From positions 1 to 64,000 of IMG/VR virus record IMGVR_UViG_3300007754_000004: a stretch of DNA of 64,000 nucleotides. One strand, written 5' to 3'. Positions 61,776 through 64,000 of this stretch are shown here, one piece after another. The translations under genes were made by a program, and so were the position numbers. The DNA is from a virus. The first letter of the stretch is position 1; each line of letters begins with the position of its first letter. The notes under the pieces were generated by a model, which had not been told where the DNA came from, made no database searches, and saw only the letters and a list, made by a program, of their open reading frames with translations.

Positions 61776-64000
61776 TCAGTTAGCTGCTTCCACGGAACCA
61801 TCCGTGATCGTCGGAGCGTCCACGGCAGCCCCACCGAGAAGAACGAATTCGCTGCCATCCAGAGCGACCCCGCCCGCCAGGAGACTCTCCTGGTTGAGAG
61901 CGACGAGCCCCGGACCCCAGGGGGCCGCTCTGGAGTAGAGCCCGGCACCGTCCGTGATTCGATACGCGGCAGCCCCGTTGCCTTCCGCCCCTGCGGTGCC
62001 GTTGCCCCCATCGACGGTCGCCGGAGGAGCATTGTCCGTCCCCAGAGCGACCGTGTCCTCAAGAGCCGTCTCACTCCCAACATCATTGGCGTCGGTCAAA
62101 ACCGACCGGATCTTGAGATCCCAGGAGACCCGCTTTCGGGTGGGGCTCCGGGTCGATTGACCGGAGTGCTGAGCATTGGGCCAGAGGAGCATGGTGCCTG
62201 GGCCCAGAGTCCCTCCGGTGTACACTCCCCCAGAGCAGAAGAACAGGCTCGTTTGCTGGTGGCTGTTGTCCAGGCTGTCCTGAATCAGGGCATCTGACTT
62301 GACCGCCTGTTCGGTAAACTGCGTCCCCTCCAGCGTGATCTCAATCAGCCCCTCACCGATAGCAGGACCATCGCAGAGCATAGAGAGGAGTCCTTCCTCC
62401 CCCCCATCGTCCGCCTCAAAGAAGTCCAGGGATTCATAGCGGGCGTCGGGGTCCTTCGTCTGAACCGTCCGATAGGGGTCGTTCAGGATGAAATCCATGT
62501 CCCCGAGCGTGTCGTTGGGGTCGTTGACCCGCGACCCGTGCTGGACCTCCGTGGTTGTCGTTCCCAGCTCGCTCTTGGGGAAGGGGGGAGTCCCCTCGTT
62601 CAACCGGGTGACCGTTTGATGGAAAGCCTGCCCCTGGAGGTACGTGCTGGTAACCGGACCCCCAGGAGCGAAAGTCACCGTCACCCCGGAGGTGGGGTCA
62701 GTCAACGCCGTCGTCAGGGTGATCGTCTGGGCGTCCGCGTCGAAAGTCCAAGCGGAGGAACTGAGTACGACCCCACCCGCAGTCACCGAGAAGACCCGAC
62801 TCGCGTTGATGTGGGCGGGGCGGAGGGAGACCAGGGTGGCAGTCAAGGGAGTGACTACCACGGTCTCCACCGACACATCTGTCCCCAGCTCGCCGCTGTG
62901 GATGATGTTGCCGCGGTTGAGAACCATGTGGTGCGGCGAGATGAAGTCTTCTGTCGGATACTGGTAGATCCGGTAGCGGACTTCTTTCCATCTCTGCTGG
63001 GTAATCGAGCCCGCCCCTAAAGCCCCCCAACGGACCATTCCGAAGGACTCGCTGGACCGCGGGAGGTCCCGGTACTCTACGTTGATCCACGCCGCGGAAG
63101 GCTCCGTGGTCTCCGTCGCGAAGTCCCCATCATACCCTGAAGGCAGGTCCATATCGGGGCGGAGGAGACTGACTCCCCAGGCCGGATCCCGATGGAGACG
63201 GAGACGAATCGGGCTCCTCCAATCCATTTCCTGAAGCGTGGCTGCCGTAGAGGAGTTGACTGCGTCGGTCCCGTCCGTCCGGGGTAGCCGCCAATGGTCA
63301 ATATCCCCCGGCGTTGTCCCTACGAAGATGCCGAGAGTACGCTTGGCGGTGGCGGGAGGAAGCTCTTGGACGCTGAAGGAATCGACGTCCATTGAAAATG
63401 CCGTGTCGGCCCCCATCGCACCCACAAACGCCATTGTATCCGTGGTCGCGAGGGTAAAATCAGTGAGCGTCGCCGTCCCCTGGAGGACGTCGTCCACCAG
63501 GAGGGAGACCACACCCGTCGTGGGATCCGCCAACACTCGATAGACGTGATGAGCCGCATCAGTCCAGTCAAAGCTGAAGGTCGCGATCGGGGTCCCGTCG
63601 CTGTGTAGGATCACCCTCGCCGGGTTGGCGAGGAAACCCACGGCTACCGTCCGAGCCGCTGGCGCGGTGCCTACCTCCGCTCCCCAGACAGGCCCCATTT
63701 CATCAGACCCGTTCGCCGTGTAGCTGAGCACGGCAGCCCGAGCCTCGATGATCCGACCTCCGCTGGCTGGGGTTTTCAGGTCGGAAAACCATGTCCCCGT
63801 CTGACCGACGACCTGGGTAATCCTGATGAGCGAGTTTTCAGCCGCCGCCGTGATATCCAAACCCGTAGCCGCGGTCCAACCGGCTCCCGCTGGTGTCTCA
63901 AGCCCGGAGAGAGACGCCTCGCTCAAGGTCAGGAGAGATCGGGTGGAGCCCGACTCCTGGTAGAGCAACGTCCCGAGCTGAACCTTCCGAGTCGCGTCGT
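61776..64000 (-). CDS. large putative virion protein, 5' end outside the window (>740 aa)
   Basis: Frame stays open to the window edge; lectin/LamG-like beta segments (HVYRVLAD...SLLVDDV). Confidence 0.7.
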   Translation of the reverse strand, partial: DATRKVQLGTLLYQESGSTRSLLTLSEASLSGLETPAGAGWTAATGLDITAAAENSLIRITQVVGQTGTWFSDLKTPASGGRIIEARAAVLSYTANGSDEMGPVWGAEVGTAPAARTVAVGFLANPARVILHSDGTPIATFSFDWTDAAHHVYRVLADPTTGVVSLLVDDVLQGTATLTDFTLATTDTMAFVGAMGADTAFSMDVDSFSVQELPPATAKRTLGIFVGTTPGDIDHWRLPRTDGTDAVNSSTAATLQEMDWRSPIRLRLHRDPAWGVSLLRPDMDLPSGYDGDFATETTEPSAAWINVEYRDLPRSSESFGMVRWGALGAGSITQQRWKEVRYRIYQYPTEDFISPHHMVLNRGNIIHSGELGTDVSVETVVVTPLTATLVSLRPAHINASRVFSVTAGGVVLSSSAWTFDADAQTITLTTALTDPTSGVTVTFAPGGPVTSTYLQGQAFHQTVTRLNEGTPPFPKSELGTTTTEVQHGSRVNDPNDTLGDMDFILNDPYRTVQTKDPDARYESLDFFEADDGGEEGLLSMLCDGPAIGEGLIEITLEGTQFTEQAVKSDALIQDSLDNSHQQTSLFFCSGGVYTGGTLGPGTMLLWPNAQHSGQSTRSPTRKRVSWDLKIRSVLTDANDVGSETALEDTVALGTDNAPPATVDGGNGTAGAEGNGAAAYRITDGAGLYSRAAPWGPGLVALNQESLLAGGVALDGSEFVLLGGAAVDAPTITDGSVEAAN

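Noticed and set aside
1-64000. tRNA or rRNA genes
   Set aside because: No cloverleaf or rRNA-like segment recognised in the few intergenic gaps; a tRNAscan-SE run would be needed to exclude them fully.

Overview
High-GC, gene-dense segment that reads as part of a large (jumbo-type) phage genome, coded almost entirely on the minus strand. A TolQ/ExbB-like gene hints at a Myxococcota/deltaproteobacterial host; this is an inference. Left to right the window holds: the end of a CRISPR array plus a probable leader, with no cas genes in the window; a NAD-dependent DNA ligase broken into two genes by a naturally split intein, with an SF2 helicase/methyltransferase-like cassette between the halves; a candidate ~220-nt structured ncRNA with its own promoter and terminator; a replication and nucleotide-metabolism operon (SNF2 helicase with two LAGLIDADG inteins, loader-like protein, DnaB-like helicase, dcd, tdk, and a beta-class DNA methyltransferase split into two genes); a lysis-like pair; very large virion-type proteins (1783, 3412, 1004, 1096 and >730 aa); an HNH gene that appears to have taken over the 5' end of a structural gene; a block of small accessory genes; and a two-C5-methyltransferase cassette inserted into a gene between 175-bp direct repeats. 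Two recurrent promoter-like motifs were found by eye: an ECF-like GGWAAN-N15-CGTATA (11 copies) and GGTA-N6-CTATR (5 copies, mostly before virion/lysis genes). All calls come from motif reading; no database searches were run.
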